Source of the DNA: an uncultured Eubacteriales bacterium
GTDB taxonomy: Bacteria > Bacillota > Clostridia > Oscillospirales > JAKOTC01
DNA: 64,000 bases
Assembly (NCBI GenBank): GCA_964587625.1
Contig: CAZPLU010000005.1
Location: forward strand, 10,091 to 74,090
Reading direction: 5' to 3'
The position numbers and the translations under genes are program-made. The notes under the pieces are model-generated. The model was given only the letters and a program-made list of their open reading frames with translations. It was not told the DNA's origin and searched no databases. The stretch's first letter is position 1. Each line of letters begins with the position of its first letter. This document shows, piece by piece, positions 48,353 through 57,698 of this stretch.

Positions 48353-50164
48353 ATGATGGAGAATAAAATGAATTCCATATCCAAAGACGAACTCATGAAC
48401 ATCGTCATCGTCGGGCACGTCGACCACGGCAAGAGCACCGTGATCGGCCGCCTGCTCGCAGACACCGGTTCGCTGCCCGAGGGCAAACTGGAACAGATCA
48501 AGGAGATGTGCCGGCGCAACGCCAAGCCGTTCGAATACGCGTTTTTGCTTGACGCGCTCAAGGATGAGCGCTCGCAGGGCATCACGATCGACACGGCGCG
48601 CTGCTTTTTCAACACCGAAAAGCGCAAGTACATCGTCATCGACGCGCCCGGACACATCGAATTTTTGAAAAACATGATCACCGGCGCCTCCCGTGCCGAC
48701 GCCGCGCTGCTGGTCATCGACGCCGCCGAGGGGGTGCGGGAAAACTCCCGCCGCCACGGCTATATGCTGTCGATGCTCGGCATTCGGCAGGTGTGCGTTT
48801 TGATCAATAAAATGGATTTGGTCGATTATGACCGCGCGGTTTTTGAGCGGGTTCAAAATGAATACGGCGAATTTTTGGCCCGGATCGGCATCACGCCCGA
48901 GGGTTATATCCCGGTCAGCGGTATGCAAGGGGACAATATCGCGCTTGACGGAAAAACGAACATGCCCTGGTATGGCGGGCCGACCGTGCTTGACACATTG
49001 GATCGGTTCATCGCGACCGCGCCGCCCCTCTCCCTGCCGTTCCGCATGCCCGTACAGGACGTCTATAAATTCACCGCCAAGGGCGACGACCGCCGCATCA
49101 TCGCGGGCACGGTCGAGACCGGAAAACTCATGGCCGGCGACGAGCTGGTCTTTTATCCGAGCGGCAAAAAGACCGGCGTCAAACGCATTGAGCCGATGAA
49201 ATCCGATGAAGCGCAAGGCATCGCAAAGGCCGGGTATGCCACCGGTTTTACGATGACCGAGCAGATCTACATCCGCCGCGGCGAACTCTGCACCAGAGCA
49301 GACGAACCCGCGCCGCTGGTCGGCAATTTATTGAAGGTCAATATCTTTTGGCTCGGCAACACGCCGATGACCGACGAAAAGTCCTATTTCCTCAAGACCG
49401 GTTCGGCCAAGGTCGAATGCCGGCTCGAGGAGATTCTGAGCGTGATGGACGCCTCGACGCTCCGACAGGTGAAAAAAGACCGCATCGACAAATACGACGT
49501 CGCCGAGTGCATCCTCTCGACCGACCGCCTTGTTGCCTTTGACAACGTCGGGGAACTGGCCGTGACGGGGCGCTTCGTCATCGTGGACGATTATGAGATC
49601 TCGGGCGGCGGCATCTTCACCGACACCGTCCAAAGCCGCCATCTCGGCACCAAGCGCAAGCTCGAACTGCGCGACATCAAGTGGGAAAAAAGCGCGGTGA
49701 GCGTGGCGGAACGGCAGCGGCGCTTTGGGCAGAAGCCCGCCATCGTCGTGATCACGGGCGCGGAGCACACCGACAAAAAGACGCCCGCGAAGGCGCTGGA
49801 AAAATCCCTGTTCGAAAACGGAAAAAACGCCTATTACCTCGGCATCGGCAGCGTGCTTTACGGCATGAACGCCGACCTCGACCCGCAAAACCGCGAAAAG
49901 CGCGGCTCCGAGCACATCCGCCGCCTCGCCGAAACCGCGAACATCCTGACCGACGCGGGGCTGATTCTGGTCGTGACCGCCACCGAATTAAGCGAATACG
50001 ACGTCGAGACCATCAAACTGGTCTGCGCCGGAAAGCCGGTGCTCACGGTCTGGCTGGGCGACCCGCATAACACCGACTTGATTTGCGACATGGCGCTGGA
50101 CGAACACAACCCGGACATCAGCCGGGAGATCGCGAAAAAATTGCAAGCAGACGGTATTGTTTAA
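48353..50164 (+). CDS. cysN: Sulfate adenylyltransferase subunit 1 (GTPase) fused to a degenerate APS-kinase-like C-terminal domain
   Basis: G1 [10 protein letters not shown]3 DAPGH, G4 NKMD. The C-terminal ~160 aa aligns by eye to CysC, but the P-loop reads GAEHTDKK and LDGD reads LGIG. Confidence 0.85.
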   Translation: MMENKMNSISKDELMNIVIVGHVDHGKSTVIGRLLADTGSLPEGKLEQIKEMCRRNAKPFEYAFLLDALKDERSQGITIDTARCFFNTEKRKYIVIDAPGHIEFLKNMITGASRADAALLVIDAAEGVRENSRRHGYMLSMLGIRQVCVLINKMDLVDYDRAVFERVQNEYGEFLARIGITPEGYIPVSGMQGDNIALDGKTNMPWYGGPTVLDTLDRFIATAPPLSLPFRMPVQDVYKFTAKGDDRRIIAGTVETGKLMAGDELVFYPSGKKTGVKRIEPMKSDEAQGIAKAGYATGFTMTEQIYIRRGELCTRADEPAPLVGNLLKVNIFWLGNTPMTDEKSYFLKTGSAKVECRLEEILSVMDASTLRQVKKDRIDKYDVAECILSTDRLVAFDNVGELAVTGRFVIVDDYEISGGGIFTDTVQSRHLGTKRKLELRDIKWEKSAVSVAERQRRFGQKPAIVVITGAEHTDKKTPAKALEKSLFENGKNAYYLGIGSVLYGMNADLDPQNREKRGSEHIRRLAETANILTDAGLILVVTATELSEYDVETIKLVCAGKPVLTVWLGDPHNTDLICDMALDEHNPDISREIAKKLQADGIV

Positions 50165-50171
50165 ATGCATC

Positions 50172-50197
50172 AAAAAGCGGGGAAATCCTCGCTTTTA
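50172..50197. terminator. Terminator after cysN (usable in both directions)
   Basis: AGCGGGG-AAAT-CCTCGCT stem with an A-run before it and TTTTAT after it. Confidence 0.55.
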
Positions 50198-50341
50198 TAG
50201 TTTCATCCGCCCGATTTTTTCCGAACCGTTCTTCAATTCGTTGAGTTCCAACATGAAGTCGATTTTTCCCTTGAGATATCGCTGTTGTACCATTCCATAT
50301 CGTGTAAAAGTCAAGCGGTTTTTACATTTTAATAATTTTTG

Positions 50342-50447
50342 CAAAAAAAAAGTGCCATGAGGCACAAAATAAGGGGTTAAAAGAGAGGGAGATAAACGAA
50401 CAGCGGCTGCAGGGCAGCCATGGCCAAAAAATCCGGCCGCACTGTTC
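50342..50447 (-). ncRNA. Candidate ~105-nt sRNA with a C/U-rich single-stranded segment
   Basis: The minus strand has GGACAA - 16 nt - TGgTATGAT (extended -10 at 50454-50459). It then has a long stem GAACAG(U)GCGGC...GCCGCUGUUC, the C/U-rich stretch UAUCUCCCUCUCUUUUAACCCCUU, and GUGCC-UCAU-GGCAC followed by U9. Confidence 0.4.
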
Positions 50448-50571
50448 TCATTGATCATACCACAGTCCCTGCGGATTGTCCATACTCTGTCCGATATATT
50501 TGGAAAACTTTTTGAAGTTTGGTTCCCGCGCCAAAACGGGGCTTCGGTTTTTGTGCAATCTGACTACCCGC

Positions 50572-51024
50572 TTATCTTGCGTTTTTAAAAAATTGTTGTA
50601 AAAGCGCTTTGCACTCTTCTTCGAGAACGCCGGATTCGATTTTTACAAGTCCCGAAAACGGCATCGCAAACAGGTTGCAAATCGAAACGCAGCATCCGGT
50701 TTTTTCCTCCCGCGCACCAAAGACGACCCGTTCGACGCGAGAATTGACCATTGCGCCCGCGCACATCGCACACGGCTCCAGCGTCACATAGAGCGTACAG
50801 CCGGTCAGCCGCCAATCGCCGACGGCCTCCGCCGCTCCGCGGATCGCCTCGATCTCGGCGTGCGCCGTGGGATCGTTTCGGCTCTGGCAACGGTTTTGAC
50901 CCCGCCCGATGATTTCACCGTTTTTCACGACAACGGCGCCCACCGGCACGTCCCCGCCCTCGGCGGCGGAGGCGGCCAAAGCAAGCGCCGCGCTCATAAA
51001 CCCGGGATCAAATGAGCGAGACAT
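50572..51024 (-). CDS. tadA: tRNA adenosine(34) deaminase
   Basis: HAEIEAIR and PCAMCAGAM zinc-binding motifs. 150 aa. Confidence 0.9.
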   Translation of the reverse strand: MSRSFDPGFMSAALALAASAAEGGDVPVGAVVVKNGEIIGRGQNRCQSRNDPTAHAEIEAIRGAAEAVGDWRLTGCTLYVTLEPCAMCAGAMVNSRVERVVFGAREEKTGCCVSICNLFAMPFSGLVKIESGVLEEECKALLQQFFKNAR

Positions 51025-52063
51025 TCGGAAAAACGCTGTTGAACCAATCCATCACGAGCGTCGTCAACAGGAAGGCCGTAAAGCCGATTAAGACGATGCT
51101 GATGAGGACTGTGGGGGACTTGAAGAAGATACCGTAGCTCCTTTGTCTTCCGGTCAATTCGTACGGCTGCCGTTCGTTTTTCCACGCGCCGGTCTTTTTG
51201 GCTGTCGCAGCCGCATAAATTGCCGCCGCCGCGCCTAACAAGAAGAACGAACCCCAAGCGATATAGGTGGCGATATCACCGGCCTGATCGCCGAATTTTT
51301 GGGCGGTGATATTCAATCCGAACGCGACGGTGTTGTTGACGAAATGCAGCAAGATCGGCGCCCAGAGAGAACCGGTATAGACCGCCGCAGCGCCGAGAAC
51401 CAGACCGAATGAAAACGCAAACGGGATCTGGTAGGTATTTCCGTGGATCAAGCCGAACACAAACGCGGAGCATATAATCGCAAAAATGTTGCCGTATCTG
51501 CGTAAAATTTGCAATATCACGCCTCGAAACGCGAATTCTTCAAATATCGAGGCCAACAACGCGGTGCAGATGAACTGGACGATCAGCGCATCAGAGTCCG
51601 TGACCGGTGAGAATGCGGCTTCGAGAATCGGTTCGTATGTGTCCATTTTGATCAGCGAGAGCAGCCGGTCAAAATAGCCCGCGATGTATTGCAGCGCCGG
51701 GATACAGCCGATCCCCATCAAAATCACCGGTAAAAACGTATGCGGTTTCGGCTTTTCGGCAGAAATCAATTCGGATTTATCGCGCTTTGAGACGAAAAAC
51801 AGGATAAAAAACGGGACGGACATGCTGAGGACATAGACGGCGGCTTGGATCAGCTGTTCGGGAAGCTGACCCACATCGGTCAGCGCAGGCAAGGAGATGA
51901 TGACGCCGAGAATGTTTTGCACCGCCAAAAAAATGAGCAGCGACATCCCGATGAGAACGGAGTCCTTACGCAAAAAATATTTCTTCCACTGCTGCTGCAG
52001 TTCAGGGTTCATGTCCTCGGGCAATTTTTTGTAAAACTCTGTTTTATAATCCGATTTTTCCAT
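51008..52063 (-). CDS. CPBP family intramembrane glutamic endopeptidase (CAAX protease-like)
   Basis: EEFAFRG, FGLIHGN and HFVNN motifs. Polytopic. The 3' end overlaps the tadA start by 17 nt. Confidence 0.8.
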   Translation of the reverse strand: MEKSDYKTEFYKKLPEDMNPELQQQWKKYFLRKDSVLIGMSLLIFLAVQNILGVIISLPALTDVGQLPEQLIQAAVYVLSMSVPFFILFFVSKRDKSELISAEKPKPHTFLPVILMGIGCIPALQYIAGYFDRLLSLIKMDTYEPILEAAFSPVTDSDALIVQFICTALLASIFEEFAFRGVILQILRRYGNIFAIICSAFVFGLIHGNTYQIPFAFSFGLVLGAAAVYTGSLWAPILLHFVNNTVAFGLNITAQKFGDQAGDIATYIAWGSFFLLGAAAAIYAAATAKKTGAWKNERQPYELTGRQRSYGIFFKSPTVLISIVLIGFTAFLLTTLVMDWFNSVFPNVSLI

Positions 52064-52189
52064 CTTGTTTTTTGCTCCGTTTCTTGCCGTTGTGAAGCCA
52101 TTATACAATAAACTTGTGATGAATGCAAGAATTTCGGCGGATAACCGGCGGGCGCTATTGAAAACCCAAGACCGGTTTGATTCGGGGCA

Positions 52190-52231
52190 ATAAAAAAGCA
52201 GGCGGGGCGCAAGCCCTTACCCGCTTTTTTA
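52190..52231 (-). terminator. Terminator after the ABC permease genes (bidirectional geometry)
   Basis: Imperfect GC-rich stem AGCGGGTAAGGGC-TTGC-GCCCCGCCTGCT, flanked by an A-run and a T-run. Confidence 0.6.
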
Positions 52232-52256
52232 AAAGCAAACCGATTTTCAGCGTTGC

Positions 52257-53156
52257 TCAGCCCTTGATCGAGCCCTTGAGCATGCCCGCCGCGAAGAATT
52301 TCTGCATGAACGGATAGAGAATGAGAATCGGCAGGAATGAGACGATTGTCATCGCCGCGCCGAGACCGTCCGGGTTCAGCGCGCCCGCGCCTATATTAGA
52401 GATGCCCAACACTTCCAATTGCTTCGTCAATTCGGTGATGCGCGTGGGTCCCAGATTTTCAAATAAAATCTCGCGGATTTTAACCGGGAATGTGCGCATC
52501 TCGGGTCTGATGTTATACAGGATGGAGGGCATATAGGAATTCCAATAGCCGACGGCGGTGAACAGCGTGGTGGCCGAGATGACCGATTTGGACAGCGGGA
52601 GTATGATTTTGGTGAAGACCGTGAACTCTCCGGCTCCGTCGATCTTGGCCGCTTCGAGCAATGATTTGGGCAAAGTCCAAAAGTAGTTTCGGATGATGAT
52701 CATGTTCATCGCGCTGATCATGCCGGGGACGATCAGAACCTGGTAGGAGTTCAACCAGCCGATCGCTTTAAATAACAGGAACCCTGCGACCATGCCGCCG
52801 TGGACAAACATCGGAATGACAATCAGGAAGTAAACCATGTTGATCATGCCGGGCAAATCCCGTTTTGACAGGGAATAAGCGCCCAAGCAGTTGAATATCA
52901 TCGCACCCACAGATCCGACCGCCGTGATGAAGACGCTGTTGAGGAACGGGACGTAAACCGAGGAGTCCTCTACGATCATTTGATAAAACATCATCGAAAA
53001 CTGTTTGGGGATTATCGCGAGGTCAATCGTCGGCGGAGACAAGTCCAAGGAAGTTTTAATGACGAAGATGATCGGGAAGATGAAAAAGATCGCAAAAATC
53101 ACCATCAAAATATTATTGAAAACGCCAAACCTTTTTTCGCCTTTTGTCCGTAACAT
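52257..53156 (-). CDS. Carbohydrate ABC transporter permease (LplC/AraQ-like)
   Basis: EAA-loop region LLEAAKIDGAGEFTVFTKIILPL. 6 TM segments. Confidence 0.88.
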   Translation of the reverse strand: MLRTKGEKRFGVFNNILMVIFAIFFIFPIIFVIKTSLDLSPPTIDLAIIPKQFSMMFYQMIVEDSSVYVPFLNSVFITAVGSVGAMIFNCLGAYSLSKRDLPGMINMVYFLIVIPMFVHGGMVAGFLLFKAIGWLNSYQVLIVPGMISAMNMIIIRNYFWTLPKSLLEAAKIDGAGEFTVFTKIILPLSKSVISATTLFTAVGYWNSYMPSILYNIRPEMRTFPVKIREILFENLGPTRITELTKQLEVLGISNIGAGALNPDGLGAAMTIVSFLPILILYPFMQKFFAAGMLKGSIKG

Positions 53157-53172
53157 TTTCCACCCTCCCCTA

Positions 53173-54150
53173 TTAAAAGATTCCGCGGCCGTCGTCGGAC
53201 AGCTTTTTTGCGGTCTGGTTGACGATAATCGTCATAATCGCGCCAAATGCCGTCTTAAACAAGCTCATCGAAGATGATAGGCCGAAATTTCCGTCACTGA
53301 AGGCGGTGTAGTAGACCAAAGTATCCAAGACGATCGACACTTCGTTATTGGATGAGTTTCTCAAAACAAACATCGAGTCGAACAGATCGAGAATTCCCCG
53401 GAAAGACAAAATCAAAACCAAGAGGATGATGCCCTTCAACGCCGGCAGGGTCACATGCCAGGTCTGCCTCCATCTCCCGGCGCCGTCAATGGCGGCGGCC
53501 TCATACAGCGAATGGTCGATCGACGCCATCGTCGCCAAATAGAGGATGGTGCCCCAGCCGACGCCTTTCCACAGCGAGAGCAAGACATACATGAACGGAA
53601 ACCATTTGGGGTCGCCCAAAAAGTAGATGCTGTCTCCGCCCAAGGTTACGATCAAGCTGTTGACCCAGCCGTAATCGGGATCCAATAAAATCTTGAAGAT
53701 GCCGCTGATGACAACCCAGTTGATGAAGTGGGGAATCGTCGTCACGGTTTGAATGGCTCTTTTAAAATATTGCGCGCGCATTTCGTTGAAAAGCAGCGCC
53801 AACACGATCGGCGCGGGGAAGTTGATGACGTATCCGAGCGCGGCGTACATGAGGTTGTTGCGCAGCGCCAACGGGAAGTTGGTCATTCTCATGAGCCCGA
53901 CCAAATTATCCAGCCCGATAAAGGCCTTGAAGCCGGCGGCCGAAGTGTATTCGCACAATCCGGTGATCATACCGGGCATCGGGATGTATGTAAACACGAC
54001 ATACACGACTACCGCAGGCAAGATCATCAAATAGACGATCAGATCCTGAGGCGATAATCCCCATGGCCTCGGGGTTGTTTTTTGTAAAGGGCTGCCGCCC
54101 GGCAAAGAACCGCGGACCTCTTCGACTTCGGCGCGTGTTGCGACGCTCAT
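53173..54150 (-). CDS. Sugar ABC transporter permease (LplB/MalF-like)
   Basis: EAAAIDGAGRWRQTWHVTLPAL EAA loop. Start at MSVATR, 9 nt after AAGGTGGTG. Confidence 0.85.
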   Translation of the reverse strand: MSVATRAEVEEVRGSLPGGSPLQKTTPRPWGLSPQDLIVYLMILPAVVVYVVFTYIPMPGMITGLCEYTSAAGFKAFIGLDNLVGLMRMTNFPLALRNNLMYAALGYVINFPAPIVLALLFNEMRAQYFKRAIQTVTTIPHFINWVVISGIFKILLDPDYGWVNSLIVTLGGDSIYFLGDPKWFPFMYVLLSLWKGVGWGTILYLATMASIDHSLYEAAAIDGAGRWRQTWHVTLPALKGIILLVLILSFRGILDLFDSMFVLRNSSNNEVSIVLDTLVYYTAFSDGNFGLSSSMSLFKTAFGAIMTIIVNQTAKKLSDDGRGIF

Positions 54151-54254
54151 AAAGAAAGGCACCACCTTAGATAGTTTGTGGGAATATCGAACAGACGTTC
54201 TTCCTGCTCAACGATTCCTCTCTATTATAACTGTTGTTTGTATAATTTTAAATG

Positions 54255-54320
54255 ATACTATTTTAACATTTATAGTACTATATTAACATTTCGCCTAATT
54301 CGTGTCAATTTCGTGTAATT
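54255..54320. repeat. Two sets of direct repeats in the permease promoter region: (A/G)TACTAT(T/A)TTAACATTT x2 at 20-nt period, and TTCGTGT(C/A)A x2 at 10-11-nt period
   Basis: Read directly at 54255-54271/54275-54291 and 54299-54308/54310-54318. A minus-strand TTGACA(54308-54303)-17 nt-TAATAT promoter overlaps them. Confidence 0.55.
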
Positions 54321-54471
54321 TTTTGACGCGAATCCGTAAAACAGACCTTCCGCATAGAGAAATTTATGCAATGAATTTTCTATATTCCGTCATATCTTCC
54401 AATTATTTTGATATTTATACCTCTTTTATTGATTAGGTAATTCTTAATTGTTTGTGCATATTGCACAAGTG

Positions 54472-55686
54472 TCACTCGGAACTCTGCCGGAACTGGTTGG
54501 GCGACGCCCCGTAATATTTTTTGAAGATCCGAATGAAATACCCGGTATCATAATAATGCAGTTTTTCCGCGATGATATAAATCTTGAGATTCGTCTCTAA
54601 CAGCAGCCGTTTGGCCTCTTGCATTTTGCAGTCGCAGACATAGTCGGTAAAGGCGATGCCCTCGGTCTGCTTGAACACCTTTGACAGATAATTGGGGTGG
54701 ATGCCGAGGTATTCCGCGACGTTAACAAGTGAAAAACTCTCGTAAACCATCTCCTGGATATACCGTTTTGCCCGCTGGACAAGCGCCGTCTGCGAGCGGT
54801 TGGATTCGCCCCCGGATGAGACGACAATCTCATTCTTGCCGTACATCTCGGCGTTGCGGATCATGTCCTGCAGAGTCCGGTAAGCCGGAAAAAACCACAC
54901 TTTTCCGTTAAAACGCTCGGCGACAAACACCGACATCGATATCCCGTTTTCGTTGAAGATCGATTTGATCTCCCCGAAACGCGACCGCAGCAATTCCTCG
55001 TTGAGCGCGCCGTTCATCACAGCCGTCAGGCGGCCGCTGAAAAACATGAACACGATGGTCAGACCGGTAAAATCCCGTTTGATGCGCTCGGCCAGGTAGC
55101 TGTAATAATACTCCGTGTTTGCGGCGTCGTCGAGGCCGCCGAGTTCGATGGAACAGATCGCGCCGCCCGAATAGTCGAATTCGAGATCAAAACGGTCTCT
55201 GAGCAGCTCATACCGATCGTCATTATCGCGCCCGAGCGCGGAAAATTCCTCGTTGAGCGAAAACGAGAGGTATTCCGAGATGCTTTTTTTCGGCAATTCG
55301 ATGGTCTTGAGTCCGAGGAAATATTTTTTACGCATCTCGCAGACCTTCTGCAGCAGGGACATCTCATCGACCGGTTTTTCGATGTAGTCGTCGGCTTTAT
55401 ACATAAACGACTGCCGCACCGCGTCGAACGAGCTGTCGCCCGACAGCATGATGACCTTGAGGCCTCCGTATTGCTGCTTGACAATTTTTAAAAGATCCGT
55501 CCCGAGCATATCGGGCAGATGCAGGTCCATGATGCACAGCTGGATGATGTGTTCCTCGAGCCGGGTCAGCGCCTCCTGCGAGTCGACCGCCTCATAAATC
55601 GCAACGCCTTCTCCCGCCCGTTTACAGATGCTTCGCACATGCGCGCGGATATTGATGTCGTCATCCACAACCAAAATATTAAACAT
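54472..55686 (-). CDS. Response regulator with receiver and AraC-type HTH domains (YesN-like)
   Basis: ILVVDDD...MDLHLPDM receiver. C-terminal AraC HTH VAEYLGIHPNYLSKVFK...IAEKLHYYDTGYFIRIFKKYYGASPNQFR. Confidence 0.85.
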   Translation of the reverse strand: MFNILVVDDDINIRAHVRSICKRAGEGVAIYEAVDSQEALTRLEEHIIQLCIMDLHLPDMLGTDLLKIVKQQYGGLKVIMLSGDSSFDAVRQSFMYKADDYIEKPVDEMSLLQKVCEMRKKYFLGLKTIELPKKSISEYLSFSLNEEFSALGRDNDDRYELLRDRFDLEFDYSGGAICSIELGGLDDAANTEYYYSYLAERIKRDFTGLTIVFMFFSGRLTAVMNGALNEELLRSRFGEIKSIFNENGISMSVFVAERFNGKVWFFPAYRTLQDMIRNAEMYGKNEIVVSSGGESNRSQTALVQRAKRYIQEMVYESFSLVNVAEYLGIHPNYLSKVFKQTEGIAFTDYVCDCKMQEAKRLLLETNLKIYIIAEKLHYYDTGYFIRIFKKYYGASPNQFRQSSE

Positions 55687-57505
55687 TCTCTTCTTCCTCC
55701 CCCTCAAAGTCCTCGAGTTGGTGCACCACGGGTTTCGGCTTCTCCGCCGCCATTGTGACGGTCACTTTTGTGTAGCAACCCTGCCGGCTTTTGATTTTTA
55801 TGCCGTATTGATTGCCGTAATAGAGCTGAATGCGTTTTTGGACGTTGATCAGCCCGGATTCGCTGCGGGCGTTTTCGTCGGCCAGCAGCTGCTCGAAAAC
55901 CTCCAACCGGTTTTTGTTGATGCCTTTGCCGTTGTCGATGATCTCGAAAACAAGCTTTTCGCCCTCGCGCCTCGCGCGGATGACGATGAGATATAATTTG
56001 CGCGAGGAGTCGAAACCGTGAACAACGGCGTTTTCAACGATCGTCTGCACGATCAGATTCAGCGTTTCGATGTCTTTGACGTCATCCCCTGTTTGGATGC
56101 GGAATGCGAAATTGGTATATTTGAACTCACAGATTTTCAAATACATCTCACAACACAGCAGGACGTCTCCGACGCTGAGGAAATCGTTGCCCCTGTTGAA
56201 GACGAGCCGATACATTTTCGACAGGTAACCCGTGATCCGGTTGACATCGACGATCTCGCCGGCATTGGCTTTATAGGCGATGGAGTCAAGCGTGTTATAT
56301 AAAAAATGCGGATTGATCTGGCTTTGCAAGAACTTGAGCTCCATGTTCTTCATCAACAGGTCTTTTTGATAGGAATCGTTGATATTGGCTTTGATTTTGC
56401 GCACCATTATGTTGAAGACGCGGGTCACCTCGTCCCACTCGCGTTCTTCGAACTCCTTTTGAATGACGTCGTAATCATTGTTTTGAATTTTTTCCAGCCA
56501 GGAGACCAGACCCATGACCGGATCATAGACCGTCTTGAGAATCAAACTTCTGGCGAAGAAAATCCAGACGAGGATATCCAAAATCAGACAGATGCCCGCC
56601 ACCGCGAGAAACCGGTACATCTCGCTGTAGTAGGCGTTGGCGGGAGCCGCATAAATCGCTTTGATCGCGCTGGAGTTGTCATAATCGATATAGGTGAAAA
56701 AGCGCGCACCGTTTGCGTGCACAATTCGTTCCCCGCCTTCGTTTTCAAGCGACAGCTTATTTAATATTGCGGCTTTCGCGCTGTTTTCCGCATCCGTGGA
56801 GAATAAGACCGTACCGCCTTGGGTCAATGTGACGAATTCGCCTTCCACGCCGGAGGTGTCGTTGCTCATCGCCGCGCCGAAAAAATCGTCCGCCACCCGA
56901 AAATAGAGATAGGCCTCCCGCGGAGATCCGCTGTAACCGGCTATTTTATACATATAATAGGTGCCGGTTTTGCCGGTCCTCCCATCGGTGAAATTAAAGA
57001 ATGTGTTTTCGATCGAAATGACATAAAGCTGATAAAGCGCGTATGCCTCGCTGATCGCATTATCGTCGTGGGGTATAACGCCCAAATCGGTTGTGATTGA
57101 GATGTATTCCTCGGGAAAATACAAACCCGCTTGTGTCAGGCGCAAATCAGCCGCAACCATCTGCAGCATATTGTGTGCCTTATCCATCTCAGTATGTGAA
57201 ACGAGCGGCGAAAGTCGGTAGTTGTCCTGCGTGATGAGTTCGAAATTCACCCTGTTCATCAGGATGAGAGCCGCGTTCTCGGCAAAAACCTCGATCGAAT
57301 CGACAAAGTCGATCGTGGTTGCAAAAGCGTTTTCGATATGGCGTTCCGAGCGTTCCCGTATGCTTCCGTAAACAAAGATATACCCGGCCATAATGAACAG
57401 CAGTTGAACCAGGCAGATCAATATCACCACAAAAATCAATTTCCCTTTGAGCGTGGCTTTTTTGTTTTTTTTGTTTTCCTTGCTGGTTTTCACATCTGTG
57501 TCCAT
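55679..57505 (-). CDS. Sensor histidine kinase (YesM-like: two TM segments, HAMP, His_kinase, HATPase_c)
   Basis: H-box FLQSQINPHFLYNTLDSI. N/G boxes ENAVVHG and DNGKGI. Overlaps the regulator gene by 8 nt. Confidence 0.85.
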   Translation of the reverse strand: MDTDVKTSKENKKNKKATLKGKLIFVVILICLVQLLFIMAGYIFVYGSIRERSERHIENAFATTIDFVDSIEVFAENAALILMNRVNFELITQDNYRLSPLVSHTEMDKAHNMLQMVAADLRLTQAGLYFPEEYISITTDLGVIPHDDNAISEAYALYQLYVISIENTFFNFTDGRTGKTGTYYMYKIAGYSGSPREAYLYFRVADDFFGAAMSNDTSGVEGEFVTLTQGGTVLFSTDAENSAKAAILNKLSLENEGGERIVHANGARFFTYIDYDNSSAIKAIYAAPANAYYSEMYRFLAVAGICLILDILVWIFFARSLILKTVYDPVMGLVSWLEKIQNNDYDVIQKEFEEREWDEVTRVFNIMVRKIKANINDSYQKDLLMKNMELKFLQSQINPHFLYNTLDSIAYKANAGEIVDVNRITGYLSKMYRLVFNRGNDFLSVGDVLLCCEMYLKICEFKYTNFAFRIQTGDDVKDIETLNLIVQTIVENAVVHGFDSSRKLYLIVIRARREGEKLVFEIIDNGKGINKNRLEVFEQLLADENARSESGLINVQKRIQLYYGNQYGIKIKSRQGCYTKVTVTMAAEKPKPVVHQLEDFEGEEEENV

Positions 57506-57698
57506 GCCGTCCCCCTCCCCGCATTGTATATCTCACAATCTATTTTAATACAATGAGACAATAATTTCAAGAGCATGAGGTGAATTATGACAAAAAATCG
57601 TAAAATTGTGATATTTCCGGACAAATGATTGAAAATGCCGGTTTACGCAGCAGCGTAAAAGTGGTATAATCATGAAAACAAAGATTGGAGGCACGGTT

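Noticed and set aside
50195-50458. 87-aa minus-strand ORF in the tadA-cysN intergenic region
   Set aside because: It has no RBS. It reads through a hairpin plus U9 terminator and a second promoter-like element, and its composition is not protein-like. It is better explained as noncoding.
50200-50570. Expected an SRP (scRNA/ffs) gene downstream of tadA, as in Bacillus
   Set aside because: The conserved SRP domain IV sequence (GGAAGGAAGCAGC or its complement) is absent on both strands. Only a short sRNA-like unit is supportable here.
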